Positions 1-8,056 of a DNA stretch of 13,086 nt are shown piece after piece. This stretch comes from Oligoflexia bacterium (GTDB lineage Bacteria; Bdellovibrionota; Bdellovibrionia; JABDDW01), in the NCBI GenBank assembly GCA_043732305.1, contig JAYTHU010000104.1:1-13086 (forward strand), given 5' to 3'. Numbering within the stretch: position 1 is the stretch's first letter; each line of letters starts with the position of its first letter. Both the position numbers and the translations under genes were made by a program. Under the pieces are notes generated by a model. That model searched no databases, had not been told where the DNA came from, and worked only from the letters and a program-made list of their open reading frames with translations.

Positions 1-18
1 CCGTCGTGCTCAAACGGC

Positions 19-1017
19 TCAGTCTTGGCTCTCCGAACTTATCAGAGGTCCCATGAAGGGATCTTTCATAGGATCATCGATGGTGAGTTTTTTTGCAGCC
101 TCGTGGAAAGCATGAATAAATTGTTCGAAAATAGATTTTCGAACAATGATGCGACTACTCGCCGTGCATCGCTGACCTGCGGTCACAAAACCGCTCACGA
201 GAGTTTCATAGATTGCTTTTTCGAAATCACAATCATCCCAAACGATGGAAGCGTTTTTTCCACCCATCTCGAGCGCCAAGATTTTCCAAAAATGAGTGAG
301 TGTGTCCTGTTTGATTTTAAATCCGGTTTCGTAGGAACCCGTGAAGAGAATCCCCTCAACAGATTCGTGCATGACCAAACGCCGTCCCATTTCGCCATTG
401 CCTTGAATGACGTTGAATACACCTTTGGGTAGATTTGCTTTCTCAAAGATTTCGGCAATCAACTGACCCGTTGCAGGAGCAAGTTCACTCGGCTTAAAAA
501 TCACGGTGTTTCCGGAAAGAAGAGCCGGAATGAAATGTCCGTTAGCTAAATGTCCCGGAAAATTAAAAGGACCAATAACCGCCATCACTCCGCGAGGTTT
601 GAAACGCAAAAAACCAGGAATGTTCCCGGCGGCATTTTCAATTCTTCTTTCCGCAATCAACGGAAGAGCGTCATTGACGGTGACATCAATCTTATTGATC
701 ATCGTTTGAACTTCCATCTTGGATTCCCAAAGTGGTTTTCCAACTTCACGGCAGATCGTTGTTGCCAAGTTATCCGCGTTTTGAATATAGAGTTCTTTGA
801 CTCTCATCAAATACGAAATTCTCCCGCTAACCGCCAATTCAGACCAGGGCTTAAAAGCTTTTTTTGCAGCTTCGCAAGCGAGATTCACATGCTCGAATTT
901 AAATCCGCCTTCGAAAATTAACTCTTTAGTATTGGCAGGATTTTTTCGTTCAATCTTACCATTGAGTTGCAATGGTTTAATAAACTCGCCATTAATGAAA
1001 TCACCTAAAAAACTCAT
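19..1017 (-). CDS. astD: N-succinylglutamate 5-semialdehyde dehydrogenase (AstD), C-terminally truncated at 332 aa
   Basis: ALDH motifs GPFNFPGHLANGHFIPALLSGNTVIFKPSE (FPGHLxNGH is typical of AstD), LFTGS, LALEMGGKN (catalytic Glu) and GQRCT (catalytic Cys). ATGA overlap with the astA stop and a GGAG RBS. The ORF ends just after FMGPLIS, whereas full AstD proteins are about 490 aa. Confidence 0.88.
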   Translation of the reverse strand: MSFLGDFINGEFIKPLQLNGKIERKNPANTKELIFEGGFKFEHVNLACEAAKKAFKPWSELAVSGRISYLMRVKELYIQNADNLATTICREVGKPLWESKMEVQTMINKIDVTVNDALPLIAERRIENAAGNIPGFLRFKPRGVMAVIGPFNFPGHLANGHFIPALLSGNTVIFKPSELAPATGQLIAEIFEKANLPKGVFNVIQGNGEMGRRLVMHESVEGILFTGSYETGFKIKQDTLTHFWKILALEMGGKNASIVWDDCDFEKAIYETLVSGFVTAGQRCTASSRIIVRKSIFEQFIHAFHEAAKKLTIDDPMKDPFMGPLISSESQD

Positions 1018-2045
1018 AAAACTCCCTCTGAAATAGGTGTCAGATAAATTTTGTCGCCGGCTTTAACATTGAGCAGATTTTTTGTGGGCTCTGGCAATAC
1101 GATTTTCTTCTCTTTGACATCAAAATAAGTCATGCATCCGCGAAAGCTTCCTGAGGCGTCTGTGCCAACAAGAGCCATCGCATCAAAATGTCCCACCTTG
1201 CCATCAGTCACTTCATAATCTTTGCATTTTTTCACGAGTGTGATTTCATCGAGCTGCGCTCCGTAATGAGGTCCGCCGTCGAATGGATCAATTTGATTAA
1301 GATATTTAAATCCAATACTCTCGAGCAGATGTTTTGCAGGCATAGTCGCAAGTCCAACTCGTCCTATCACATAGCGTGCTTTTGCATCGAGAAGACTGGT
1401 GTAAATGTCTTCCTCGGGAAATAAATTTTTAATAAATTCTTTATTCTGCCCCGAAAGATAATCTGCTTCTTGGTAAGGGAGTCCGGTGAATTTCCGTCCC
1501 ACCGCCTCCCAGAATTCACTTCGGCCATCCAAGGTGAGAGGCGGAGCAAGTTCACAGAGAATTCTTTTATCAAATCTCTGCCGGTACATACCCATGTATA
1601 AAAATCGGATCAGACTGATTTGTTTTCCTAATTTCTCCGGGCGGCCCCGATAAGCATCGCTTACAATGAGCCCGCCAATCTCGGTAGGACCGTCGGAATC
1701 AAAACATATTTTGAGAGTTTGATGAATAAATCCCACGCCAAGTTCTTTGGAATACTTTTCCTTTTTTTTGATATCAAAATAAGTATGTGGTGATTCTTCG
1801 GTTCCATGTTTAGCCAGAATCAGAGACGTGCCCGCAATTTTCTTTTTCTCCACATCCTCTATAACAAAAAGGAATTCGCATTCCTCTGGAGACGCCGCCT
1901 GACCGCGGAAAGATTTTTCACTGCGAGAAATTTTTTCGGCAATCACACGTTCATCGGCCGGAAGATTCAATAGAGAAAAACTAGTCGAGAGTTCGTAAAT
2001 TTGGGGAAGATCTCTAGTTTCAGCTTCGCGTAATAAAAACTTCAT
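1014..2045 (-). CDS. astA: Arginine/ornithine N-succinyltransferase (AstA)
   Basis: AstA-like segments: N-terminal LLNLP, TEIGGL, ELAPP..DGRSEFWEAVGRKFTGLPYQEAD, IDPFDGGPH. Start placed at the ATG (2045-2043) that overlaps the upstream TGA (ATGA), rather than the TTG at 2051. Confidence 0.92.
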   Translation of the reverse strand: MKFLLREAETRDLPQIYELSTSFSLLNLPADERVIAEKISRSEKSFRGQAASPEECEFLFVIEDVEKKKIAGTSLILAKHGTEESPHTYFDIKKKEKYSKELGVGFIHQTLKICFDSDGPTEIGGLIVSDAYRGRPEKLGKQISLIRFLYMGMYRQRFDKRILCELAPPLTLDGRSEFWEAVGRKFTGLPYQEADYLSGQNKEFIKNLFPEEDIYTSLLDAKARYVIGRVGLATMPAKHLLESIGFKYLNQIDPFDGGPHYGAQLDEITLVKKCKDYEVTDGKVGHFDAMALVGTDASGSFRGCMTYFDVKEKKIVLPEPTKNLLNVKAGDKIYLTPISEGVL

Positions 2046-3412
2046 AAACAAAACCTCTTGACCGCTTCGCGGTAAAAATCTGATGCCTGATCGAGTTGAG
2101 ACAAAATATTATATTCGTTAGCGGTGTGACTGTTTCCAATACTAACGCCCGGACCTAAAACCATGCAGTCAACACCGTACGGCCCATAAACGCTGCACTC
2201 TGTTCCCGAAGCTTTCGTGATGGGCTTATCTCGAAGTTTCTGGCTTTTGCAAATCGCGATTGCACCCATGATCAATTCTGAATTAAGTGGCGTGAGTGCG
2301 GATTCAGAGAGTCTATCCGGCTTAAAGGTCATGAGATTTTCAATGCTAAATTTTGAAAGGCGATCCCACCAAATATTTACTTGGCTTTTATCTATTTGAG
2401 GAGTGAATCTAAAACTCACGGTGATCCTTAAGCAATCGGGAAGTGTTTTACAAACTCCAAAATTCAGAGTGGGATGCGATGGTGAAAAAAGCGGTGTTTC
2501 AAAGTTTAAAAACTCCCGTTCAAGCCTTTGAAGTTCGCGAACCAGTTTAACGATTCTTATTCCTGCACTAAGTTTACCTGGCAGCAGAATAAAGCCGGCA
2601 TCTATTTCTATTTGTGCATTTGCAGGAACAGTGTTGGCTACAGTTCCGCCACTGACTTGCAAAATTCCAATTCCTGCCGGTAATTTATCTATATATTCTA
2701 CCAACTTCAAAAGTGCATTTTCGCCAAGATGCGGAGTACTTGAGTGCGCCGCTTTACCGTGGAAAACTTTTTCTTGTGTAGTCGCAGTCTTGCTTAAAAT
2801 CGATCCTTCTTCTGCATGGTGTTTGTGAAATTGTAATTCCTCATCGAGAAATGGAATTTCAAACGTGCAAACACCATATCCATTATTGGCATGAACAATT
2901 TGAAGCTCACTAGGCTCGCCTATCAAAGCCATTTTCGGATCCACAAATTTGGATGAAAGAAGAAGCTTTGATCCTTCCATGCCCATCTCTTCACCGTAAG
3001 TTCCCACCAGTGCGAAGGGCCGCTTGAACGATTTTTCACTCGCGAAATCCTTCAGCGCACGTAGCTTGCACAGAAAATCAAGTTTGACATCAGCGGTTCC
3101 GAGGCCAAAGATTTTCCCGTCTTTTATTGTCGCCTTAAAAGCGTTGTTTTCTGTTTCCGTCCATGAAGCATTGAGTCCTGGCTCCACGGTGTCCAAATGT
3201 GTCTGAAAAATCACTTCGTTTTTCTTACTGGAATTCTTGGGACGGGCAATCACGTTGAATTGGTTTTTACCCGCGAGCCGGGCTTCCTGCAGGGTGACAT
3301 CAAGTCCAACACTCTCACAAATATCTTTAGCAAAGAGTGCGATTTCCTCAGTTCCGGCGCGAGGTGATGAATCGATTAAAATAATTTTCTTACATAAATC
3401 TAAAAAATCCAC
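2042..3412 (-). CDS. M20-family metallo-amidohydrolase (ArgE/DapE-like deacylase or desuccinylase)
   Basis: M20 metal and catalytic motifs are all present: HLDTV, GLGTADVK, GEE, IGEPS and a C-terminal SHTANE. Dimerisation-domain motif GKAAHSSTPHLGENA. GTG start immediately follows the TAA of the upstream gene. Confidence 0.85.
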   Translation of the reverse strand: MDFLDLCKKIILIDSSPRAGTEEIALFAKDICESVGLDVTLQEARLAGKNQFNVIARPKNSSKKNEVIFQTHLDTVEPGLNASWTETENNAFKATIKDGKIFGLGTADVKLDFLCKLRALKDFASEKSFKRPFALVGTYGEEMGMEGSKLLLSSKFVDPKMALIGEPSELQIVHANNGYGVCTFEIPFLDEELQFHKHHAEEGSILSKTATTQEKVFHGKAAHSSTPHLGENALLKLVEYIDKLPAGIGILQVSGGTVANTVPANAQIEIDAGFILLPGKLSAGIRIVKLVRELQRLEREFLNFETPLFSPSHPTLNFGVCKTLPDCLRITVSFRFTPQIDKSQVNIWWDRLSKFSIENLMTFKPDRLSESALTPLNSELIMGAIAICKSQKLRDKPITKASGTECSVYGPYGVDCMVLGPGVSIGNSHTANEYNILSQLDQASDFYREAVKRFCL

Positions 3413-4792
3413 TTAATCCTTAGCTCCCTCGATCAATGATTTTTCTAAAATCCCTTTGATCTCCGTAATATGTTTTGATTCTAGAATAGCAGGAATTAGA
3501 AATCGAAGCTTGAATGGTCCGTGCCCGCAACTAAAAGCCATGAGACCATTTTTGAATAATCGCTGAAGCAGTTTACTGACTTTGTCTTTGCTCCCATCAT
3601 AAGGAGTCATGGAAACCATCAGCCCGATCCCACCGAAATCTTGAATGTAGTCGTGGCATGAGCCGGCCTTCAAATCTCTGAGCATGGAAATAAATTCTTC
3701 ATGCAATTCTTTGATTCGTCCGTTTTCCCCAAGATAATTCTGATCAGCTAAAGTTTTGAGAATTTTTAGACCCGCGCGCATGGAGACTGTAGAAGCGGTA
3801 AAAGTTCCAGCGATCAATCCTGGCTTTGGATTGTATTCTTCTGTGTAAAGGACCGCGCCACATTGTGCCGTTTTGGCAACCGTGACGATATCTAGATATT
3901 CGCCAAGGCCAAATGTCTCAAAAGCAAAAAACTCGCCGGTTCGAGAAAAAGTTTGTACTTCATCTGCCCACACGGCAATTTTATTTTCCCGGCAAAGTTT
4001 TAAAAGCGGAATGAAAAATTCGGCCGGGGCTACATTGAAGCCACCTTCCCCTTGAACAATTTCAAAAACAAAAACTCCAATGTCTTTTGGGTTTTCTAGA
4101 ATATGTTTTTTCAAGGCGTCTAAAGTCTTTTGAGATGAAAGAGGATCTTTCTTGTCATAAAAAGGAAGATACAAAACTTCATTATAAGCGGGAAGTCCTT
4201 GCCGATATTCTGCGTTATCAGTTATTTCCGCCATCATCGTGGATCTGCCAGCAAACGAATCATGAAATGTTAAAATTTTCCTGGCTGGCGAGTTTTTCTG
4301 ACGCGCAATCTTCAGCGCGTTTTCATTCACGATCGTTCCACAAGTTCCAATCCAGCCACGACGCAAACGTGATTTTCTTCCAGCACGATCAACCAAAAAA
4401 TCAAGAAGCTCTGCGTACTCACGATTGGGCTGAAGGTTGCCTTGCATCACAACATCTTGAAGAGCCCCCTCAAGACTTGCTTCTATCACGCTCGAATGAC
4501 CGTGCCCCATGATATGAATTCCGATACCGTTGATCATATCTAGTTTCACCGAACCATCCATCAGCTCAACATACGGTCCTGAACCCATTCCACTTCCCAA
4601 ATAGGGATAGAAAAAATTTCGACCGCGAATGGCCTGCAAGTGATCAAGAGCTTGTTTGTAACTCGCTTCTAGCTCGGGAAGAGCTGGCAACACGCGAGTT
4701 AACTTTCCTTGCGCTCGAGAAAACTCTTGGGTCAGAGCCGAAAGTAATTCTTTAGTTTTTGAACTTTTCAAAAAATCATCGGCCATTGTCAT
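3413..4792 (-). CDS. Class III PLP-dependent aminotransferase (AstC/ArgD-like, probable succinylornithine transaminase)
   Basis: Motifs EIVQGEGG and DEVQTFSRTG...DIVTVAK (PLP lysine), plus GTF. AAGGA RBS 7 nt upstream of the ATG. First gene of the operon with astA and astD. Substrate is inferred from context only. Confidence 0.85.
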   Translation of the reverse strand: MTMADDFLKSSKTKELLSALTQEFSRAQGKLTRVLPALPELEASYKQALDHLQAIRGRNFFYPYLGSGMGSGPYVELMDGSVKLDMINGIGIHIMGHGHSSVIEASLEGALQDVVMQGNLQPNREYAELLDFLVDRAGRKSRLRRGWIGTCGTIVNENALKIARQKNSPARKILTFHDSFAGRSTMMAEITDNAEYRQGLPAYNEVLYLPFYDKKDPLSSQKTLDALKKHILENPKDIGVFVFEIVQGEGGFNVAPAEFFIPLLKLCRENKIAVWADEVQTFSRTGEFFAFETFGLGEYLDIVTVAKTAQCGAVLYTEEYNPKPGLIAGTFTASTVSMRAGLKILKTLADQNYLGENGRIKELHEEFISMLRDLKAGSCHDYIQDFGGIGLMVSMTPYDGSKDKVSKLLQRLFKNGLMAFSCGHGPFKLRFLIPAILESKHITEIKGILEKSLIEGAKD

Positions 4793-4849
4793 AAATAGAT
4801 CCTTAAAGTCATTGCGAAACTATCTCGCGATGTTTAGACTTCTTACATT

Positions 4850-5632
4850 ATGCTAAAATTATTCTTATTTATCTCTATGAATTTGATATTGAATTTCACC
4901 ACCCTCTGCCATGCAGATAGTCATTTTGAGGGTGGAATCAATGCCTTTCAAAAAGGTGATTTTGACCAAGCGCATACTGAGTTTGAAAATCTCTCAAAAG
5001 TTCCCAGCAATCGGTTTGCTGCGCTGTATAACTTAGGTAACACCGCCATTAAGCAAAAAAAGCCGGGGATGGCACTTGCTTACTATCGCCTCGCCGAAAA
5101 AATCAATCCCAAGGACAAAGACCTTAAATACAATATTCGATACACGCTGCAGGAATTTAAGATTCTTCCCGTTAGCGGCAATATCAGTTCCTATGAAGTT
5201 TTAAGATCTGAAATTTTAGATCTGTTCAGTTTTTGGGACTTCTCCATTTTAGCGGCAATCATCTTTTTTGGATTCGCTTATTTCTTCATTGAGAATTTGA
5301 AGAAAAATCATGAAGATCGCACCACCAAAACTCCATTTAAAATCTATGTTTTTGGAATACTTTTGATTCTTTCCCTAGGATTGATGACTATAAAAATTAT
5401 TGATTCATTTCAAAGTCGCGGCACCATAATTACTCCCAAGGCAGAACTCAAAAGTGGACCTGGAGTCCAAAATGCTACGCTCACTGAAGCACAAGAAGGC
5501 AACGAAGTTTATATCCGTGACTCCGTCACAAATGACTCCGGAACCTGGAAACAAGTGACAATTCCTGGGAATCTGACAGGATGGATAAGCGAACAATCGG
5601 TAATTCAAACCTCTGGGGAGGGTCCGTTTTGA
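4850..5632 (+). CDS. BatE-like protein: signal peptide, TPR, two TM helices, C-terminal SH3b-like domain
   Basis: TPR segment ALYNLGNTAIKQKKPGMALAYYRLAEKINPKDKDLKYN; two hydrophobic helices; SH3b-like LKSGPG...EGNEVYI...WKQV...GWI. Confidence 0.75.
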   Translation: MLKLFLFISMNLILNFTTLCHADSHFEGGINAFQKGDFDQAHTEFENLSKVPSNRFAALYNLGNTAIKQKKPGMALAYYRLAEKINPKDKDLKYNIRYTLQEFKILPVSGNISSYEVLRSEILDLFSFWDFSILAAIIFFGFAYFFIENLKKNHEDRTTKTPFKIYVFGILLILSLGLMTIKIIDSFQSRGTIITPKAELKSGPGVQNATLTEAQEGNEVYIRDSVTNDSGTWKQVTIPGNLTGWISEQSVIQTSGEGPF

Positions 5633-6189
5633 ATTTTCTTTGGGAAAATATTTTCAAGCGCTATGAAGAGCAGGATATCGCAAGCATCCTGGCTAAAAAC
5701 ATTCTCTTTCGAAATCTCACAAAAAAAGAGTTAAAATTTATCGAAAAGATTGTGCATATTCGCAAATATCGCGCGGGTGAAGTTATTTTTCGCCAAAATG
5801 AAAATGGTGTTGGAATGTATATTATTGTCAAAGGCAAAGTGGACATCAGCATTAATGATGACCTGGTCCTCGATCGCGCCAGAGAACGAGATGTTGTGAT
5901 CACTCGACTCGAGTCCGGAGATTTTTTCGGCGAACTTTCACTTGTTGAGGATGCCGGTAAACGTTCCGCGACATCCATCGCTTCTGAAGACACTGTGCTT
6001 ATTGGATTTTTCAAGCCTGATCTTTTAGAGATTCTAGAACGCAGCCCTTCCACCGGGGTCAAAGTTGTTTTCAGGCTAGCCGAAGTTTTAGGTCGAAGAC
6101 TGAAAGAGACCACTGAGAAAATCACTCAATTGAAAAATGAAATTCGGCTTGTCACGGAAATGCAAGGCTTGCAAGAGCTAGGAAAGTGA
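5629..6189 (+). CDS. Stand-alone cyclic nucleotide-binding domain protein (no HTH)
   Basis: GEVIFRQNENGVGMYIIVKGKV and phosphate-binding cassette FFGELSL...RSAT. TTG start at 5629 overlaps the upstream TGA and has GGAGG 7 nt upstream. Ends in a probable coiled coil with no CRP-type HTH. Confidence 0.88.
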   Translation: MNFLWENIFKRYEEQDIASILAKNILFRNLTKKELKFIEKIVHIRKYRAGEVIFRQNENGVGMYIIVKGKVDISINDDLVLDRARERDVVITRLESGDFFGELSLVEDAGKRSATSIASEDTVLIGFFKPDLLEILERSPSTGVKVVFRLAEVLGRRLKETTEKITQLKNEIRLVTEMQGLQELGK

Positions 6190-6196
6190 AATTTAA

Positions 6197-7258
6197 ATGA
6201 GTCCGGAACAGATACGCCAGCAAGTAATCCGTAGGGAGCGTTGGATTAAATCTTTCTGCGTGATGCTGCTTTTAGCTCTAGGACTTGTGATTATACTGGT
6301 CATTCCCGGCATGCTGATTGCTTGTATTTTGGCTTTTGTAATTACTTTTATGTTCAAACCAGTTGTGAACTTCCTTGAAAGATCAGGGCTAAGTCGGACA
6401 AATTCTGTTTTGCTGCCTTTCCTGGTCACATCGATAGTGTTGGTTGCTCTTTCGAGCGTGTTTGTTCCACGATTAGCAGATCAAGTTTCCAGCCTTCAAG
6501 TTGAAATCCCAAAATACGCTGCCATCATCACAAATTTAGTTAATAAAAATTCTAGTAAAATAAATTCTACACTTTCGCATTTTTCAAAACTTAATTTGGC
6601 TGATGAAGTCATCGCTTGGGCAGAACGTACGTCATCCATACTTGTGACAAGTCTTCCGAATTGGCTCAGCCTCACTCTTTCGACTTTAATTCTGGCACCG
6701 TTTTTTGCGTTTTTTATGTTGAAAGATGGACGAGCTTTTGTGCACAAGCTTTTAGCTCTCGTTCCAAATAATCTTTTCGAGTTAGCGCTCAATCTACAGT
6801 TCCAGATGAATCAGCAAATGGGCGGATTCATTCGTGCTCGTTTCCTTGAATCAGCACTCGTCGGAGCAATAGTTTGGATTGGCCTGACCATTATGGGATT
6901 TCCCTATGCTGCTGTATTAGCGGTACTTGCGGGAGTCACCAATATTATTCCTTACATTGGGCCCATCATGGGTGCTGCACCAGCAATCATGATTGCTCTG
7001 GCAAACGAAAAATCGGCTCTCTATATAGGACTTATCGGAGCGGTTTATGTCTTAGCTCAAATCCTGGATATGCTTTTGGTCATACCTTTGGTCGTAGCTA
7101 AAATCGTTGATTTGCATCCCGTGATGGTTGTAATTGTCATCATCATCGGGGGTCAGGTAATGGGAGTTCTGGGCATGATCATCTCAATCCCCGTCGCCAG
7201 TATTTTGAAGCTTACTTTTACCGAGTTTTACAACCATGTGGTGGACTTCCGAAACTAA
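6197..7258 (+). CDS. AI-2E family (PerM/TqsA-like) membrane transporter
   Basis: 353 aa with multiple TM helices. Family motifs FFMLKDG, IIPYIGPIMG and LHPVMVVIVIIIGGQVMGVLGMIISIPVA. Confidence 0.92.
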   Translation: MSPEQIRQQVIRRERWIKSFCVMLLLALGLVIILVIPGMLIACILAFVITFMFKPVVNFLERSGLSRTNSVLLPFLVTSIVLVALSSVFVPRLADQVSSLQVEIPKYAAIITNLVNKNSSKINSTLSHFSKLNLADEVIAWAERTSSILVTSLPNWLSLTLSTLILAPFFAFFMLKDGRAFVHKLLALVPNNLFELALNLQFQMNQQMGGFIRARFLESALVGAIVWIGLTIMGFPYAAVLAVLAGVTNIIPYIGPIMGAAPAIMIALANEKSALYIGLIGAVYVLAQILDMLLVIPLVVAKIVDLHPVMVVIVIIIGGQVMGVLGMIISIPVASILKLTFTEFYNHVVDFRN

Positions 7259-7276
7259 TTTCAGTAAGCTTGTCGC

Positions 7277-8056
7277 ATGAAATCTCTCTCTTCAATGATG
7301 ATTTTAGGAATATTTTTAGCAGCCCCGGTCACTACAATTCTTGTCGGTGGTTGCTCGACTACCCAGCCTGGTGAAGCTGATCCAAACTCTGCGGAAGGCA
7401 TGTTCAAAACAGCCAACGAGCTCGAGAGTGATGACAGATATGATGAAGCCATCTCAAAACTCAATGAACTTAAAAATAAATTTCCCTATAGCCATTTTGC
7501 AACAGATGCTGAATTAAAAGTCGCAGATATTCATTACAAGCGCGAGACTTACATCGAGTCTCAAACTGCTTATCAGCTGTTCAAGGATTTTCATCCTAAA
7601 CACCCAAAATCAGATTATGTGACGTTTCGATTGGCATTGAGTTATTTCAATCAACTTCCCGGCTCAATCGATCGAGATTTGGGCGTAGCACAAAAAGCGA
7701 TTCAGTTTTTCAAAGAAGTCGAAACTTCTTATGCGAAATCTGAGTATGTGAAGGAAGCTAAAGAAAAAGAAGGCGAAGCCTACAAAATGCTCGCTGGCAA
7801 AGAGATGTACATTGCCAATTTCTATTATGTTCGTGAAGTTTATGATTCCGCACAAAGACGTTTTGAAGGTTTACTTGCGAAATATCCCGATCGCGGATTT
7901 GACGATGAAGCTCTCTATAAAGCTGGTATCAGCGCTTTCGAACAAGGAAGCCTTGATGTTGGTGCAAAGTATATAAACCAACTTGTCTCTCAGCATCCCA
8001 ACAGCGATTACGCGGACAAAGGGAAAAGTGCATTGGAGAAATATGGCCGTCGTTGA
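7277..8056 (+). CDS. bamD: Outer membrane protein assembly lipoprotein BamD
   Basis: Lipobox VGGC. BamD-type TPR segments KFPYSHFA, HPKHPKSDYV, DRDLGVAQKA and LAGKEMYIANFY. Confidence 0.9.
   Translation: MKSLSSMMILGIFLAAPVTTILVGGCSTTQPGEADPNSAEGMFKTANELESDDRYDEAISKLNELKNKFPYSHFATDAELKVADIHYKRETYIESQTAYQLFKDFHPKHPKSDYVTFRLALSYFNQLPGSIDRDLGVAQKAIQFFKEVETSYAKSEYVKEAKEKEGEAYKMLAGKEMYIANFYYVREVYDSAQRRFEGLLAKYPDRGFDDEALYKAGISAFEQGSLDVGAKYINQLVSQHPNSDYADKGKSALEKYGRR

Noticed and set aside
1..21. TGA read-through (selenocysteine or alternative genetic code) extending astD
   Set aside because: TGA is the ordinary stop for several genes here (astA, the M20 gene, bamD, the cNMP gene), a second in-frame TGA follows three codons later, and the read-through residues do not look like ALDH.
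25..4512. Plus-strand ORFs opposite the AST operon (25..432, 550..921, 4087..4512 and others)
   Set aside because: Antisense shadows of well-supported genes, with no recognisable motifs.
5581..5628. ORF-track N-terminal extension of the cNMP-binding protein (likewise 7983-8042 for the TPR gene and 8710-8763 for hpt)
   Set aside because: These overlap upstream genes extensively. Downstream starts at 5629, 8043 and 8764 have an RBS and/or stop-start coupling.
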